From the NCBI GenBank assembly GCA_039981375.1, contig JBDXAK010000002.1, positions 16,494 through 80,493 of the forward strand: a stretch of 64,000 bases of DNA. Direction: 5' to 3'. Source of the stretch: Gilvibacter sp. GTDB lineage: Bacteria > Bacteroidota > Bacteroidia > Flavobacteriales > Flavobacteriaceae. Both the position numbers and the translations under genes were made by a program. Of this stretch, positions 37,515 to 47,633 are shown piece after piece; within the stretch, counting starts at the first letter, position 1, and each line of letters starts with the position of its first letter. The notes under the pieces are model-generated. The model was not told the origin of the DNA. It was given only the letters and a program-made list of their open reading frames with translations, and did no database searches.

Positions 37515-37522
37515 ATACCATT

Positions 37523-38347
37523 ATGCAAACAATTGCTATACAAGGCGTAAAAGGATCAAATCATCACAAAGCTGCTCAGCTATGCTACGGAGATGCTTTA
37601 AATGTGCTGGAGTGCGATACTTTTGACGATGTCGTGAGTGCAGTGCTTAACCAATCGGCAGACGCTGGAATTATGGCCGTTGAAAACTCGATAGCAGGAG
37701 CGATTCTACCCAATTATGCTTTGATCGATACCAACGATCTCTGGATTGGCAGAGAGCATTATTTGCGAGTGAGCCATAATTTAATGGGCTTGCCTAACCA
37801 AGATTTATCAACGCTAACAGAGGTGCATTCTCATTATATGGCACTCTTGCAGTGCTCTCAGTTTTTTAAAGATTATTCACACATAAAGTTGGTAGAAGAC
37901 ATCGACACGGCTATTACCGCTAAGCGTATCCAAGAAGAGAACATACACGGAATCGCTGCGATCGCTACCAAAACGGCTGCAGATCTTTACGGCTTGCAAA
38001 TTTATGCAGAAGATATTCAGACCATAAAGAAGAATGCGACGCGCTTTGCAGTGGTTCACAAAAACAAGCCTAAAGAAAACAGTCAAATAAATAAAGCCTC
38101 CATAAAGTTTGCCTTAGAACATAAACGAGGTAGTCTTGCAACAGCACTCAATGTGATGAGTGACTGTAATTTGAGCTTGACTAAAATTCAGTCGCTGCCC
38201 ATAGTCGATAAGCCTTTTAAGTATGCCTTTTTTGTAGATGTTCTGTTCGAATCGCCTGCCGATTACGAAAAAGCAAAGGCATTGCTCAAAATAATGGCAA
38301 CGCATTTTAAGGTATTGGGAGAATATCAAAACAGCAAAGATGATTAA
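37523..38347 (+). CDS. pheA: prephenate dehydratase
   Basis: IAIQGVKGSNH, AVENSIAG, SHYMALLQC, NATRF and ACT domain LTKIQSLP. Confidence 0.93.
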   Translation: MQTIAIQGVKGSNHHKAAQLCYGDALNVLECDTFDDVVSAVLNQSADAGIMAVENSIAGAILPNYALIDTNDLWIGREHYLRVSHNLMGLPNQDLSTLTEVHSHYMALLQCSQFFKDYSHIKLVEDIDTAITAKRIQEENIHGIAAIATKTAADLYGLQIYAEDIQTIKKNATRFAVVHKNKPKENSQINKASIKFALEHKRGSLATALNVMSDCNLSLTKIQSLPIVDKPFKYAFFVDVLFESPADYEKAKALLKIMATHFKVLGEYQNSKDD

Positions 38348-39491
38348 GCCGGCCCAACGTTTGCATAACACTCAAGAATACTACTTCTCTAAAAAACTAA
38401 GAGAGGTGAGAGCGCTTATGGCTGCTGGTAATCCTATCATTAATTTAGGAATAGGCAGCCCAGATTTAGAGCCGCCCAGCGAGGTGATAAAGGCCCTAAA
38501 CGAATCTTTGGTGCACGAGGGGGCGCATCAATACCAACCGTATAAAGGTATTCCTGAGTTGCGTCAGACGATGGCTGGTTTTTATAAAAACCATTATGAT
38601 GTTCTGCTAGATCCAGATACACAAGTGTTACCACTTACTGGGTCTAAAGAAGGTGTCATGCATATTTCTTTGGCGCTGCTCAATAAAGGCGATAAGGTGT
38701 TGGTGCCTAATCCGGGGTATCCTAGTTATGGCGCGGTTGCAGAACTCGTAGAAGCAATCCCTATTTTTTATGCCTTAGACGAAGCGCATGATTGGATGCC
38801 AGATTTAGATGCCTTGTCGAATCAAGATTTAAGCGATGTAAAACTTATGTGGGTTAACTACCCTCATATGCCTACTGGGGCCAATCCTAAGGGTGCGTTG
38901 TTTGAGACCTTGATAGCATTTGCAAAAAAGCATAGCATTGTATTGGTCAATGACAACCCATATAGTTTTATTCTAAATGACACCCCTAACTCGTTGTTGT
39001 CATATGCGCATAAAGAAGACCCTTGTTTAGAGCTTAACTCTTTGAGTAAAACATTTAACATGGCTGGATGGCGTGTTGGCATTGTAGCGGGTAATCCGGA
39101 ATTAGTGCAACATGTGCTTACGGTTAAAAGTAACATGGACAGCGGTATGTTTTACGGTTTACAAAAAGGAGCCATCGCCGCTTTAAATTCTGATATTGCT
39201 TGGATGCACAATCTTAATAAAGTGTATGAAGAAAGAAGACTTTGGGCTTGGAAAATTGCCGATGCACTTGGCTGCAGTTTTCATAAAGATGCAGCTGGAC
39301 TTTTTGTTTGGGCCAAGTTGCCAGAAGGCAAAGAGGCCTCTGAAGTTAGTGATAGGCTTTTGCATGAGCACCATGTTTTTATTACGCCAGGATTTATTTT
39401 TGGAACCCAGGGCGAAGGCTATATTCGAATTTCACTGTGTGTAGATCAATCGGCATTAAAAACCGCGTACGAGCGAATAACGACTAACTAA
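38340..39491 (+). CDS. class I/II PLP aminotransferase (probable aromatic/prephenate aminotransferase)
   Basis: NLGIGSPD, NYPHMPTG, DNPY and SLSKTFNMAGWRVG motifs; located in the aromatic operon. Confidence 0.88.
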   Translation: MIKPAQRLHNTQEYYFSKKLREVRALMAAGNPIINLGIGSPDLEPPSEVIKALNESLVHEGAHQYQPYKGIPELRQTMAGFYKNHYDVLLDPDTQVLPLTGSKEGVMHISLALLNKGDKVLVPNPGYPSYGAVAELVEAIPIFYALDEAHDWMPDLDALSNQDLSDVKLMWVNYPHMPTGANPKGALFETLIAFAKKHSIVLVNDNPYSFILNDTPNSLLSYAHKEDPCLELNSLSKTFNMAGWRVGIVAGNPELVQHVLTVKSNMDSGMFYGLQKGAIAALNSDIAWMHNLNKVYEERRLWAWKIADALGCSFHKDAAGLFVWAKLPEGKEASEVSDRLLHEHHVFITPGFIFGTQGEGYIRISLCVDQSALKTAYERITTN

Positions 39492-40372
39492 TGGCACATC
39501 GATTAGAACATATTTATACCATTGGTTTGGGTCTTATAGGAGGAAGCCTTTTAAAAGATTTAAGAATCTTACACCCCGAGGCTAGCCTTTATGGAATCGA
39601 TACCAATCCAGAGCATTTAGAAGAGGCGATTTCATTGGGACTGGTAGATGCAGCAGCTACGATAGACGACTTAAGCAAAGCAGATTTGGTGATTCTTGCA
39701 ATCCCTGTAGATCGTGCAAGGGCTATAGTTTCTGCCGTGTTAGATGCCGTGGCAGATTCGACTTTGGTTGTAGATATGGGGTCTACCAAGGCAGGCATCT
39801 GTGCCGAGGTAAAACAGCATCCTAAAAGACGCAATTATTTGGCGATGCATCCTATTGCTGGTACAGAATTCTCTGGGCCAGGAGCAGCCGTGACAGGTTT
39901 GTTTAAAGGCAAAACCAATATTATTTGCGAAGTAGAAAAGACCACATTTGCCCTACAAGAATTAGGCTTGCAGCTCACCAAAGATTTGGGTATGCGCATA
40001 CGGTATATGGATGCCGAATCGCACGATAAACATATCGCCTATGTGTCTCATTTATCACATATAAGCTCTTTTATGTTAGGTAAAACGGTAATGGATATAG
40101 AAAAAGACGAGCAAGACATTTTTGATTTGGCCGGGAGTGGATTTGAATCTACCGTGAGGCTTGCAAAGAGCAATCCCGATATGTGGGCGCCTATTTTTTC
40201 GCAAAACAAAGACTATTTATTGGAATGCCTTTCTGCCTATATCGCCAATCTAGAAACGTTTAAAGCATATGTAGAGGCAAGCGATGAAGAGCGCATGCAT
40301 AGCGAAATGCAACAAATTAACAAGATAAAAGACATATTGAACGGAATCTCACTAGGGGAACACAATATTTAA
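39491..40372 (+). CDS. tyrA: prephenate dehydrogenase
   Basis: IGLGLIGGS, DMGSTK, HPIAGTE, HDKHIAYVSHLSH and GSGFESTVRLA motifs. Confidence 0.93.
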   Translation: MAHRLEHIYTIGLGLIGGSLLKDLRILHPEASLYGIDTNPEHLEEAISLGLVDAAATIDDLSKADLVILAIPVDRARAIVSAVLDAVADSTLVVDMGSTKAGICAEVKQHPKRRNYLAMHPIAGTEFSGPGAAVTGLFKGKTNIICEVEKTTFALQELGLQLTKDLGMRIRYMDAESHDKHIAYVSHLSHISSFMLGKTVMDIEKDEQDIFDLAGSGFESTVRLAKSNPDMWAPIFSQNKDYLLECLSAYIANLETFKAYVEASDEERMHSEMQQINKIKDILNGISLGEHNI

Positions 40373-40376
40373 TACT

Positions 40377-41459
40377 ATGGAAAATAAAAAAGAACTCAGA
40401 AACTGGCTAGACGCCTTTAATTTAGATCACCCTTTGGTAATCGCAGGTCCTTGTAGTGCAGAAACAGAAGCGCAGGTTTTGCATATAGCGCATCAGTTAA
40501 AAGATAGCGATGTAAGTGTGCTAAGAGCAGGAATCTGGAAGCCAAGAACACGTCCTGGTAATTTTGAAGGAGTTGGGGCTTTGGGTTTAAAGTGGTTGCA
40601 AAAAGCCAAACAAGAAACCGGCCTTATGACCACAACAGAAGTTGCCAACGCCAATCATGTAGATTTAGCCTTAAAGCATGATGTAGATATATTGTGGATA
40701 GGAGCGCGTACGACGGTTTCGCCTTTTATTGTGCAAGACATAGCAGAGGCTCTAAAAGGCACTGATAAAACGGTGCTAATTAAAAACCCAGTGAATCCAG
40801 ATTTATCGCTATGGTTAGGGGCTGTAGAGCGATTTTATACCGCAGATGTGCCAAATTTAGGAGTGATCCACAGAGGGTTTTCTACCTACGAAAAAACGCG
40901 TTATAGAAACAATCCAGAATGGCAAATCGCGATCGATTTACAACAACGTTTTCCAGACTTGCCACTTATCTTAGACCCATCTCATATCGCGGGGCGTCGT
41001 GATATTATTTTTGATCTTTGTCAAACAGCCTTAGATCTTAACTACGACGGGTTAATGGTAGAGACGCATCATACGCCAGACGAGGCTTGGAGTGATGCTG
41101 CGCAGCAAATTACCCCAGAGCGGTTAAAAGAAATTATGGTCCAACTAACAATCAGAAAAGAAGAGGGGTCAGAAGTTGAGTTTAACAACAAGATAAACAC
41201 CTTAAGAACTCAAATCGATGTGATTGACCATCAGTTAATCGAGACCTTAGGAAAACGAATGAAAGTAGCAGACGACATCGGTACGCTTAAAAAGAAAAAC
41301 AACGTGGCAATTCTGCAGACCAAACGTTGGAACGAAATTCTTGGCAAGATGATACTCGAAGGAGAACAACACCAGTTGAGTGAAGAGTTTATCTTAAGAG
41401 TGTTTAAGGCAGTTCACCAAGAATCGATTAATCACCAAGAGCGAATTTTAAGAAAATAG
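40377..41459 (+). CDS. bifunctional DAHP synthase (class I-beta) / chorismate mutase
   Basis: IAGPCSAE, RAGIWKPRT, IGART and DPSH motifs, with a C-terminal AroQ-like LRTQIDVIDHQLIETLGKRM. Confidence 0.92.
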   Translation: MENKKELRNWLDAFNLDHPLVIAGPCSAETEAQVLHIAHQLKDSDVSVLRAGIWKPRTRPGNFEGVGALGLKWLQKAKQETGLMTTTEVANANHVDLALKHDVDILWIGARTTVSPFIVQDIAEALKGTDKTVLIKNPVNPDLSLWLGAVERFYTADVPNLGVIHRGFSTYEKTRYRNNPEWQIAIDLQQRFPDLPLILDPSHIAGRRDIIFDLCQTALDLNYDGLMVETHHTPDEAWSDAAQQITPERLKEIMVQLTIRKEEGSEVEFNNKINTLRTQIDVIDHQLIETLGKRMKVADDIGTLKKKNNVAILQTKRWNEILGKMILEGEQHQLSEEFILRVFKAVHQESINHQERILRK

Positions 41460-41481
41460 ATTTGATCTTAATCAAAGCACT

Positions 41482-41527
41482 AAAAAGCGGAATTGCGTAC
41501 CTTTTAATTTACGCAATTCCGTTTTTT
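41482..41527. terminator. bidirectional intrinsic terminator
   Basis: AAAAAGCGGAATTGCGTA ... TACGCAATTCCGTTTTTT between convergent genes. Confidence 0.9.
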
Positions 41528-41528
41528 G

Positions 41529-41984
41529 TTATTCTTTGATTTCGCGTTTAAAAATATAACGGGTAATAAAAATACCTTGGCCGTCTTCGCTGCCTGCGTC
41601 ACTTTCTACAGCGCTCGCGACAAAAGCTAAATCCCAGCCTTCAAAGAGCATCGCATTAATTTTTGATTCGATCATGGCATCGTTGGCCGCAATATTCTGA
41701 AAACGAATACCACCAAGGTTATAGAAGTTAAGCAGTTTGGTTTCTTCGAAATCTTTTACTCGAATGTCTTTTCTTTTTGACTTGTTTCTACTGTTGTCGT
41801 CTTCTGTTTGAGTAGAAGTAAATTCGGTAAAATCACGTTTTACATTGGCAGAAACAAGCCTAGACCTACCAAGTCCATTGGGCACGATAGATTCGACGCT
41901 AGTAACAACTTTAACTTCGTATTGCTGCGCAGTTAAGTCCGCAGAAAAGAGAGCGACTAAGGCGCAAAAAAGTAATTTTTTCAT
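41529..41984 (-). CDS. secreted hypothetical protein
   Basis: 151-aa ORF with a signal peptide (MKKLLFCALVALFSADLTAQ). No motif recognised. Confidence 0.8.
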   Translation of the reverse strand: MKKLLFCALVALFSADLTAQQYEVKVVTSVESIVPNGLGRSRLVSANVKRDFTEFTSTQTEDDNSRNKSKRKDIRVKDFEETKLLNFYNLGGIRFQNIAANDAMIESKINAMLFEGWDLAFVASAVESDAGSEDGQGIFITRYIFKREIKE

Positions 41985-42096
41985 GACGTTTGATTAATTG
42001 TTTCCTTAAAAGTAAAGCTATTTTGTAACTGATTACAACAGTTCGTATGTTTCTGTGCCTTTTTTTGGCTTAAAGTGGCTATTTTTGTGCGTATTC

Positions 42097-43026
42097 ATGA
42101 AAGGAACTGTCTATAAATCAACCGGAAGCTGGTATACCGTTAAGGGTGAAGATGATGTATTTTATAATTGCCGAATCAAAGGTAAGTTTAGAATTGCAGG
42201 CATCAAAAATACCAATCCAGTTGCCGTAGGCGACCGAATCAATTTCGAACTAGAAACCCTAGGAGACGAGACGGTTGGCATCATAGACAAAATAGAAGAT
42301 CGCGATAATTATATAATTAGAAAGTCTGTAAACCTCTCGAAACAAACCCATATAATCGCCGCCAATATCGATTTGGTTTTTTTAATGATTACCATTGACA
42401 ATCCTCCAACCTTTCCGGCATTTATCGATCGTTTTTTGGTATCTACCCAAGCCTACAGAATCGAAACCGTTTTGCTTTTTAATAAAGTAGATACGTACGA
42501 TTTAGAGCAACAGGCAGAGGTTGCTTATCTTATGGATGTGTATCAATCTATTGGCTATACTTGTATACAAATCTCTGCTAAATATGGGCAAGAGGTAGAC
42601 CAAGTAGTGGAGCTTATGAAGGGTAAAGTAAGCATGTTTGCCGGTCATAGCGGCGTGGGTAAATCTACCTTGGTCAATGCGATTGAGCCAGGGCTAAATT
42701 TGGCGACAAGTCAGATTTCGGATCAGCATAGACAGGGTCAACACACCACGACTTTTGCCGAGATGTATGATTTAAGCTTTGATGCAAAAATTATTGATAC
42801 ACCTGGTATAAAAGGCTTTGGAATCGTCGATATAGAAAAAGACGAACTGAGCGATTACTTTCCAGAATTTTTTGCTCTAAAGCAAGACTGTAAGTTTAAT
42901 AATTGCCTGCATTTAGACGAGCCTAAGTGCGCGATTAAAGAGGCTTTAGAAAACGAAGAAATCGCATGGTCTCGTTATAAAAGTTACGTGACTATGATAG
43001 AAGGCGAAGAAGATACCTATAGATAA
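42097..43026 (+). CDS. rsgA: ribosome small subunit-dependent GTPase A
   Basis: AVGD OB-fold, NKVD, GHSGVGKST, GQHTTT, DTPG and the Zn site CKFNNCLHLDEPKC. Start moved to the ATG at 42097. Confidence 0.96.
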   Translation: MKGTVYKSTGSWYTVKGEDDVFYNCRIKGKFRIAGIKNTNPVAVGDRINFELETLGDETVGIIDKIEDRDNYIIRKSVNLSKQTHIIAANIDLVFLMITIDNPPTFPAFIDRFLVSTQAYRIETVLLFNKVDTYDLEQQAEVAYLMDVYQSIGYTCIQISAKYGQEVDQVVELMKGKVSMFAGHSGVGKSTLVNAIEPGLNLATSQISDQHRQGQHTTTFAEMYDLSFDAKIIDTPGIKGFGIVDIEKDELSDYFPEFFALKQDCKFNNCLHLDEPKCAIKEALENEEIAWSRYKSYVTMIEGEEDTYR

Positions 43027-43036
43027 TTAATCAGCA

Positions 43037-43489
43037 ATGAGAGCAGTCGTACAAAGAGTGAGCGAAGCTTCGGTACAAATAGATGCCAAACAAGTGACGT
43101 CTATCAAGCACGGAATGCTTGTTCTTTTAGGCATAGAGCACGAAGATAACGAACAAGATGCCGATTGGTTGTCAGGTAAACTCGTTCGTATGCGCATTTT
43201 TCAGGACGAAAACGACCATATGAATTTATCTGTGTTAGATACCCAGGGTGAGGCGATTGTGGTGAGTCAATTTACCTTGCATGCGTCTACCAAAAAGGGG
43301 AATAGACCCTCGTTTATAAAGGCAGCTAAACCTGATAAGGCTCAGCTTTTGTACCAATATTTTATTTCTATATTTGAAAAACAACTCGGAAAGCCTGTTG
43401 GCACGGGAGAATTTGGAGCTATGATGGACGTTTCACTCATAAACGATGGACCCGTCACTATTATAATTGATTCCAAGCAAAAACACTGA
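43037..43489 (+). CDS. dtd: D-aminoacyl-tRNA deacylase
   Basis: MRAVVQRV, VSQFTL, KGNRPSF and NDGPVT motifs. Confidence 0.97.
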   Translation: MRAVVQRVSEASVQIDAKQVTSIKHGMLVLLGIEHEDNEQDADWLSGKLVRMRIFQDENDHMNLSVLDTQGEAIVVSQFTLHASTKKGNRPSFIKAAKPDKAQLLYQYFISIFEKQLGKPVGTGEFGAMMDVSLINDGPVTIIIDSKQKH

Positions 43490-43499
43490 ATTACCACAA

Positions 43500-45425
43500 A
43501 TGATTAACACTTATAAACCATTGGCGCCAAACAATACCCTTTTGACATTGCTAATGTTTATTGCGATGTCGCTATCGTATGCACAAGAGCAATACGTAGC
43601 CTCAGACATTCCGCCAGAATTATTAAAGAACGCAAACAGCGTAATGCGTTTAAGACAGACCACTGTAGATATTCCTACCATAGAGAAGATGATAATTACA
43701 GAGAAGCAGGTAATCACGGTCTTAAACAAAAGCGGGAACAAACACGTAGAAGCTTGTTCTTATTACGACGACTACACAAAAATTAGAAAGGTAGAGGTAA
43801 CCTATTTAGATGCAGACGGTAAAGAGTTACGCAATTATAAAAAGCGTGATTTTGTAGATGCCAGTGCGGTAGATGGGGGCACACTTTATTCTGATAATCG
43901 TATGCTTTGTGGCTATTATACTCCTTCTGAATATCCGTATACCGTGATTTTTGAGACAGAAGTAGAAACGCAAAACACCGCAGGAATTCCTTCGCTGTAT
44001 CCTGTGGTCGACTATTTGTCGAGTACCGAACAACTTCAATTTGACATCAATTACGGACCAGACGCCTCTTTAAAGTTAAAGCACTTTAACGAGCAAGACG
44101 TGATAGCCTTTGAATCGAGGCAAGGGGGTTACAGTTTTAGTTTGAATAATTTTAAAGCCATTTTTCCAGAAGCCTACGGACCCTCTCGTGGGGATTTTGT
44201 TCCGTATATAATTTTTGGCCTTGAATCGTTTTATTTGGCTGGCGTAAAAGGCAACGCTAAAGATTGGAATTCGTTTGGAGCTTGGATGGATACCTATTTA
44301 TTAGATGGCACTTCTCAAATTCCAGATAAAACCAAACAAGAAGTAAAGCAACTCGTGGCAGGTGAAACCACCAACCGAGGTAAGGCCAAAAAAGTGTATG
44401 AATATATGCAAGACCGTACGCGATACATCAGTGTACAATTAGGGTTAGGAGGCTGGAAGCCTATGCCTGCCGCAGAAGTAGACGATTTAGGATACGGCGA
44501 CTGTAAGGCTTTAACTAATTACACTAAGTCTTTATTAGAGGCGGTCGATGTGCCTTCGTATTATACGGTTGTGAATGCTGGTAATACTCAAAATGGCATC
44601 TTGTCTGAATTTACTTCTATGCAAGGAAATCATGTTATTCTTGCCGTGCCAGAAGACGACGATTATATGTGGCTAGAGTGTACTAGCCAGAGTGCGCCAT
44701 TCGATTTTAATGGTTCTTTTACAGACAATCGTGAAGTGTTATTAGTGACGCCAGAAGGAGGCAAAATTGTGACCACCACGCACTATGCTCCAGAAGACAA
44801 TTATCAAATTAACAAAGGAACTTTAGAGGTGAAGGCAGATGGGAGCATTGTAGCTCAAATTACTATGAAGTCTGGCGGATTGCAATATGACAACAAAGCT
44901 GGAATAGAAGTTTTAACTGCAGAAAAACAAGACTTGCGTTATAAAGATTATTGGGATTACATCAATAACATTTCTATCAATAGTATTGAGCTTACAGACA
45001 ACCGTGACATGATAGAATATACAGAAGAAGTAACCTTCGAGGCGTCGAGTTATACGAGTGCGGCTGGCAAAGATTTGATTCTGAATGTAAACGCTTTTAA
45101 CCGCAGAACCTTTATCCCAAAACGGTATAGAGAAAGGCAATTAGGAGTAAAGATTATTAGAGGTTATAAGGACTATGACGAAATCGAAATAAAACTGCCA
45201 GAAGGCTATACATTAGAAGAAGTTCCGACGCCAAAAGAGGTGGATTCACCCTACGGAATTTATAAATCTAGCATTACTAAAAAAGACGAATCAACCTTAA
45301 TTTATACCCGAGAGTATATAACCTTAGAAGGCACCTTTCCCAAGGAGAAATATGCCGACTATCGCAGCTTTAGAAGGCAAATAACCAAAAACGACAATCA
45401 GAAGATTATTTTAAAATCCCTATAG
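43500..45425 (+). CDS. DUF3857 + transglutaminase-like protein, intact triad (pair 1, gene A)
   Basis: GDCKALTNY (Cys), GNHVIL (His), WLECT (acidic); signal peptide. The ATG at 43500 is preferred over the ATT at 43467. Confidence 0.85.
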   Translation: MINTYKPLAPNNTLLTLLMFIAMSLSYAQEQYVASDIPPELLKNANSVMRLRQTTVDIPTIEKMIITEKQVITVLNKSGNKHVEACSYYDDYTKIRKVEVTYLDADGKELRNYKKRDFVDASAVDGGTLYSDNRMLCGYYTPSEYPYTVIFETEVETQNTAGIPSLYPVVDYLSSTEQLQFDINYGPDASLKLKHFNEQDVIAFESRQGGYSFSLNNFKAIFPEAYGPSRGDFVPYIIFGLESFYLAGVKGNAKDWNSFGAWMDTYLLDGTSQIPDKTKQEVKQLVAGETTNRGKAKKVYEYMQDRTRYISVQLGLGGWKPMPAAEVDDLGYGDCKALTNYTKSLLEAVDVPSYYTVVNAGNTQNGILSEFTSMQGNHVILAVPEDDDYMWLECTSQSAPFDFNGSFTDNREVLLVTPEGGKIVTTTHYAPEDNYQINKGTLEVKADGSIVAQITMKSGGLQYDNKAGIEVLTAEKQDLRYKDYWDYINNISINSIELTDNRDMIEYTEEVTFEASSYTSAAGKDLILNVNAFNRRTFIPKRYRERQLGVKIIRGYKDYDEIEIKLPEGYTLEEVPTPKEVDSPYGIYKSSITKKDESTLIYTREYITLEGTFPKEKYADYRSFRRQITKNDNQKIILKSL

Positions 45426-45430
45426 GCTCT

Positions 45431-47287
45431 ATGCAAAAGTTTAGAATATTATCAATCTTAGTGGTGCTGTTGACTACGGCCCTGAGCACCGCACAAAAAG
45501 TAGAATTTAATAAGGTTTCTTTAGAAGAGGTTCAGACGACATCGGATCCTGTTTTTCCAGACGACGATGCCGTAGTTTTATACCGTGGTGTGAAATCTAC
45601 TATTGGAGACTATGTACAAGTGCACGAACGCTTTAAAATTTACAACGAAGAAGGTTTTGACTATGCGACGGTGCGTATTCCATATCCAGATGTTTTCACG
45701 GTAAAGGGGGCTACTTATAATCTTGAGAATGGCGAAGTGGTAAAAACAAAGCTCGATAAAGATTTGGTCTTTGAAGACGAAGAAATCGAAGGGACCACCT
45801 ATAAAAAGTTTACCTTCCCTAAGGTGAAGGCGGGCAGTGTCCTCGAACTGCTTTACGAAAGCAAAAAAGGGACCTTTGCAGATATCGAGCTTCAATATGA
45901 TATTCCTATAAAGCGACTTAAGGTTGAGGTGTATAATTATACTCCAAATCAATTCAGAATACAGCAAAATTCTTTGGCCTATTTGCCTGTAAACAGAACC
46001 GAAAGCAATAGTGTGTCTACTATTACGGCTCAAAATATTCCTGCTTTAATTCGTGAATCTTATGTGTATTCTATGGAATTGTATCGCGCCAAATTAACGT
46101 TTGAATGGGTGGGTGTAGAAAATACGATTCAGCTAAATACTTGGGAGAACATCGCAGAAAATTTGATGGATGCAGAGCGTTTTAGCAAACCCCTTAATCC
46201 GCGAAGTTTTTACGACGAAGATTTAGACGCTGCGATTGGTGGCGAAACCGATAAAAAGAAGCAAGTAGAAAAAATTTATACCCACTTACGGGATAAAATT
46301 GAATGGAATAAGTATAACGGCTTTTTCCCGAGTAATACGGGACGAGAAACCTATAAAAAAGAGAAGGGCAATGCAGCAGAGATCAATATGCTACTTGTCT
46401 CAATGTTACGTAGTAAAGGCTTTGTGTCTTACCCCGTTTTATGCTCGTCTAAAGGCAACGGAATTCCGGTAACTCCTAATATAGAAGCCTTTAATTATAT
46501 AATTGCCAGTGTGGTTGTAAACGGTAAGATTTTACTCCTAGACGCAGCGCATTCAAGAGCGAATTTTAATATGTTACCGCAAATGTTACTCAACTGGCAG
46601 GGCATGATTTTAAAAGAAGAAGGCGATTTTGAATGGATCGATATGACGAGTGCAAATCTTTCTGTTAAAAGTGTGATGGCCACGGCCGAATTAGACGAGG
46701 ATTTGATCTTCTCTGGCGATGTAAAAGAGCGCAATTCTGGGTATTATGCCCTGAATATTGCCGATTATACAAAAGATCAGAGCGATATGCTTAAAAATAG
46801 GGTAGTTGGCTTTACGGGCGATGGTTTTCAGGTGTACGACATTGAAGTGACACCAAGTGCCACAAGTAATAATATGAACACGGTTGCGTATACCTACGAA
46901 CAAGAAAATATGGTAGACGAAATTGAAGACAAGCTTTATTTGTCGCCCATGTTGTTTATGGGAATGATAGAGAATCCGTTTAAAAAAGAAGATCGTTTGT
47001 ATCCCATTGACTTTAACTTTCCGCAGCGGAATCAATACTTGTTGTCTATCGCGATTCCAGAAGGCTATAAGGTAGAATCAGTTCCGGAGGCGATCAATTT
47101 GGCCTTGCCAGATGGGATGGGTAATTTTACATTTAGTGTGGCGGCAGATGACAACGCTATTAAAGTGTCTACTCGTTTTCAGATCAATCAATATATGATG
47201 GGTCCTGGTAGCTATTACGATCTGCGCGAGTTTTACAAACAAAAAATCACCAAGGAAACAGAAAAAGTGGTCTTGTCAAAAATATAA
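45431..47287 (+). CDS. DUF3857 + transglutaminase-like protein, degenerate triad (pair 1, gene B)
   Basis: KGNAAEINMLL has no Cys and FNYII has Tyr in place of His; LLLDA is retained; signal peptide. Confidence 0.82.
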   Translation: MQKFRILSILVVLLTTALSTAQKVEFNKVSLEEVQTTSDPVFPDDDAVVLYRGVKSTIGDYVQVHERFKIYNEEGFDYATVRIPYPDVFTVKGATYNLENGEVVKTKLDKDLVFEDEEIEGTTYKKFTFPKVKAGSVLELLYESKKGTFADIELQYDIPIKRLKVEVYNYTPNQFRIQQNSLAYLPVNRTESNSVSTITAQNIPALIRESYVYSMELYRAKLTFEWVGVENTIQLNTWENIAENLMDAERFSKPLNPRSFYDEDLDAAIGGETDKKKQVEKIYTHLRDKIEWNKYNGFFPSNTGRETYKKEKGNAAEINMLLVSMLRSKGFVSYPVLCSSKGNGIPVTPNIEAFNYIIASVVVNGKILLLDAAHSRANFNMLPQMLLNWQGMILKEEGDFEWIDMTSANLSVKSVMATAELDEDLIFSGDVKERNSGYYALNIADYTKDQSDMLKNRVVGFTGDGFQVYDIEVTPSATSNNMNTVAYTYEQENMVDEIEDKLYLSPMLFMGMIENPFKKEDRLYPIDFNFPQRNQYLLSIAIPEGYKVESVPEAINLALPDGMGNFTFSVAADDNAIKVSTRFQINQYMMGPGSYYDLREFYKQKITKETEKVVLSKI

Positions 47288-47289
47288 CT

Positions 47290-47616
47290 ATGAATTTAGA
47301 AAACGCACAAAAAGCAGTAGACGCTTGGATTAAAGAGCATGGGGTGCGTTATTTTAACGAGCTTACCAACATGGCCCAACTAACAGAAGAAGTAGGAGAG
47401 GTAGCGCGAATAATCGCAAGACGTTATGGGGAGCAAAGTGAGAAGGAAAGCGACAAACAAAAAGATTTAGGCGAAGAGCTAGCAGATGTCGTCTTTGTGG
47501 TTTTATGTTTGGCTAACCAGACCGGAATAGACCTCAACGAAGCCTTTGTTAAAAAACTCGAGGCAAAGACAAAGCGTGATCACGATAGGCATCACGGTAA
47601 TAAAAAGTTGCGTTAG
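47290..47616 (+). CDS. MazG-like nucleotide pyrophosphohydrolase
   Basis: LTEEVGEVAR and LGEELADV motifs. Confidence 0.92.
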   Translation: MNLENAQKAVDAWIKEHGVRYFNELTNMAQLTEEVGEVARIIARRYGEQSEKESDKQKDLGEELADVVFVVLCLANQTGIDLNEAFVKKLEAKTKRDHDRHHGNKKLR

Positions 47617-47633
47617 ATTATAATACAATACGA

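Noticed and set aside
37313-37543. 76-aa minus-strand ORF in the gldA-pheA intergenic region
   Set aside because: It is antisense to the leader peptide, terminator and pheA start. The plus-strand attenuator explains the region, and the ORF has no protein-like features.
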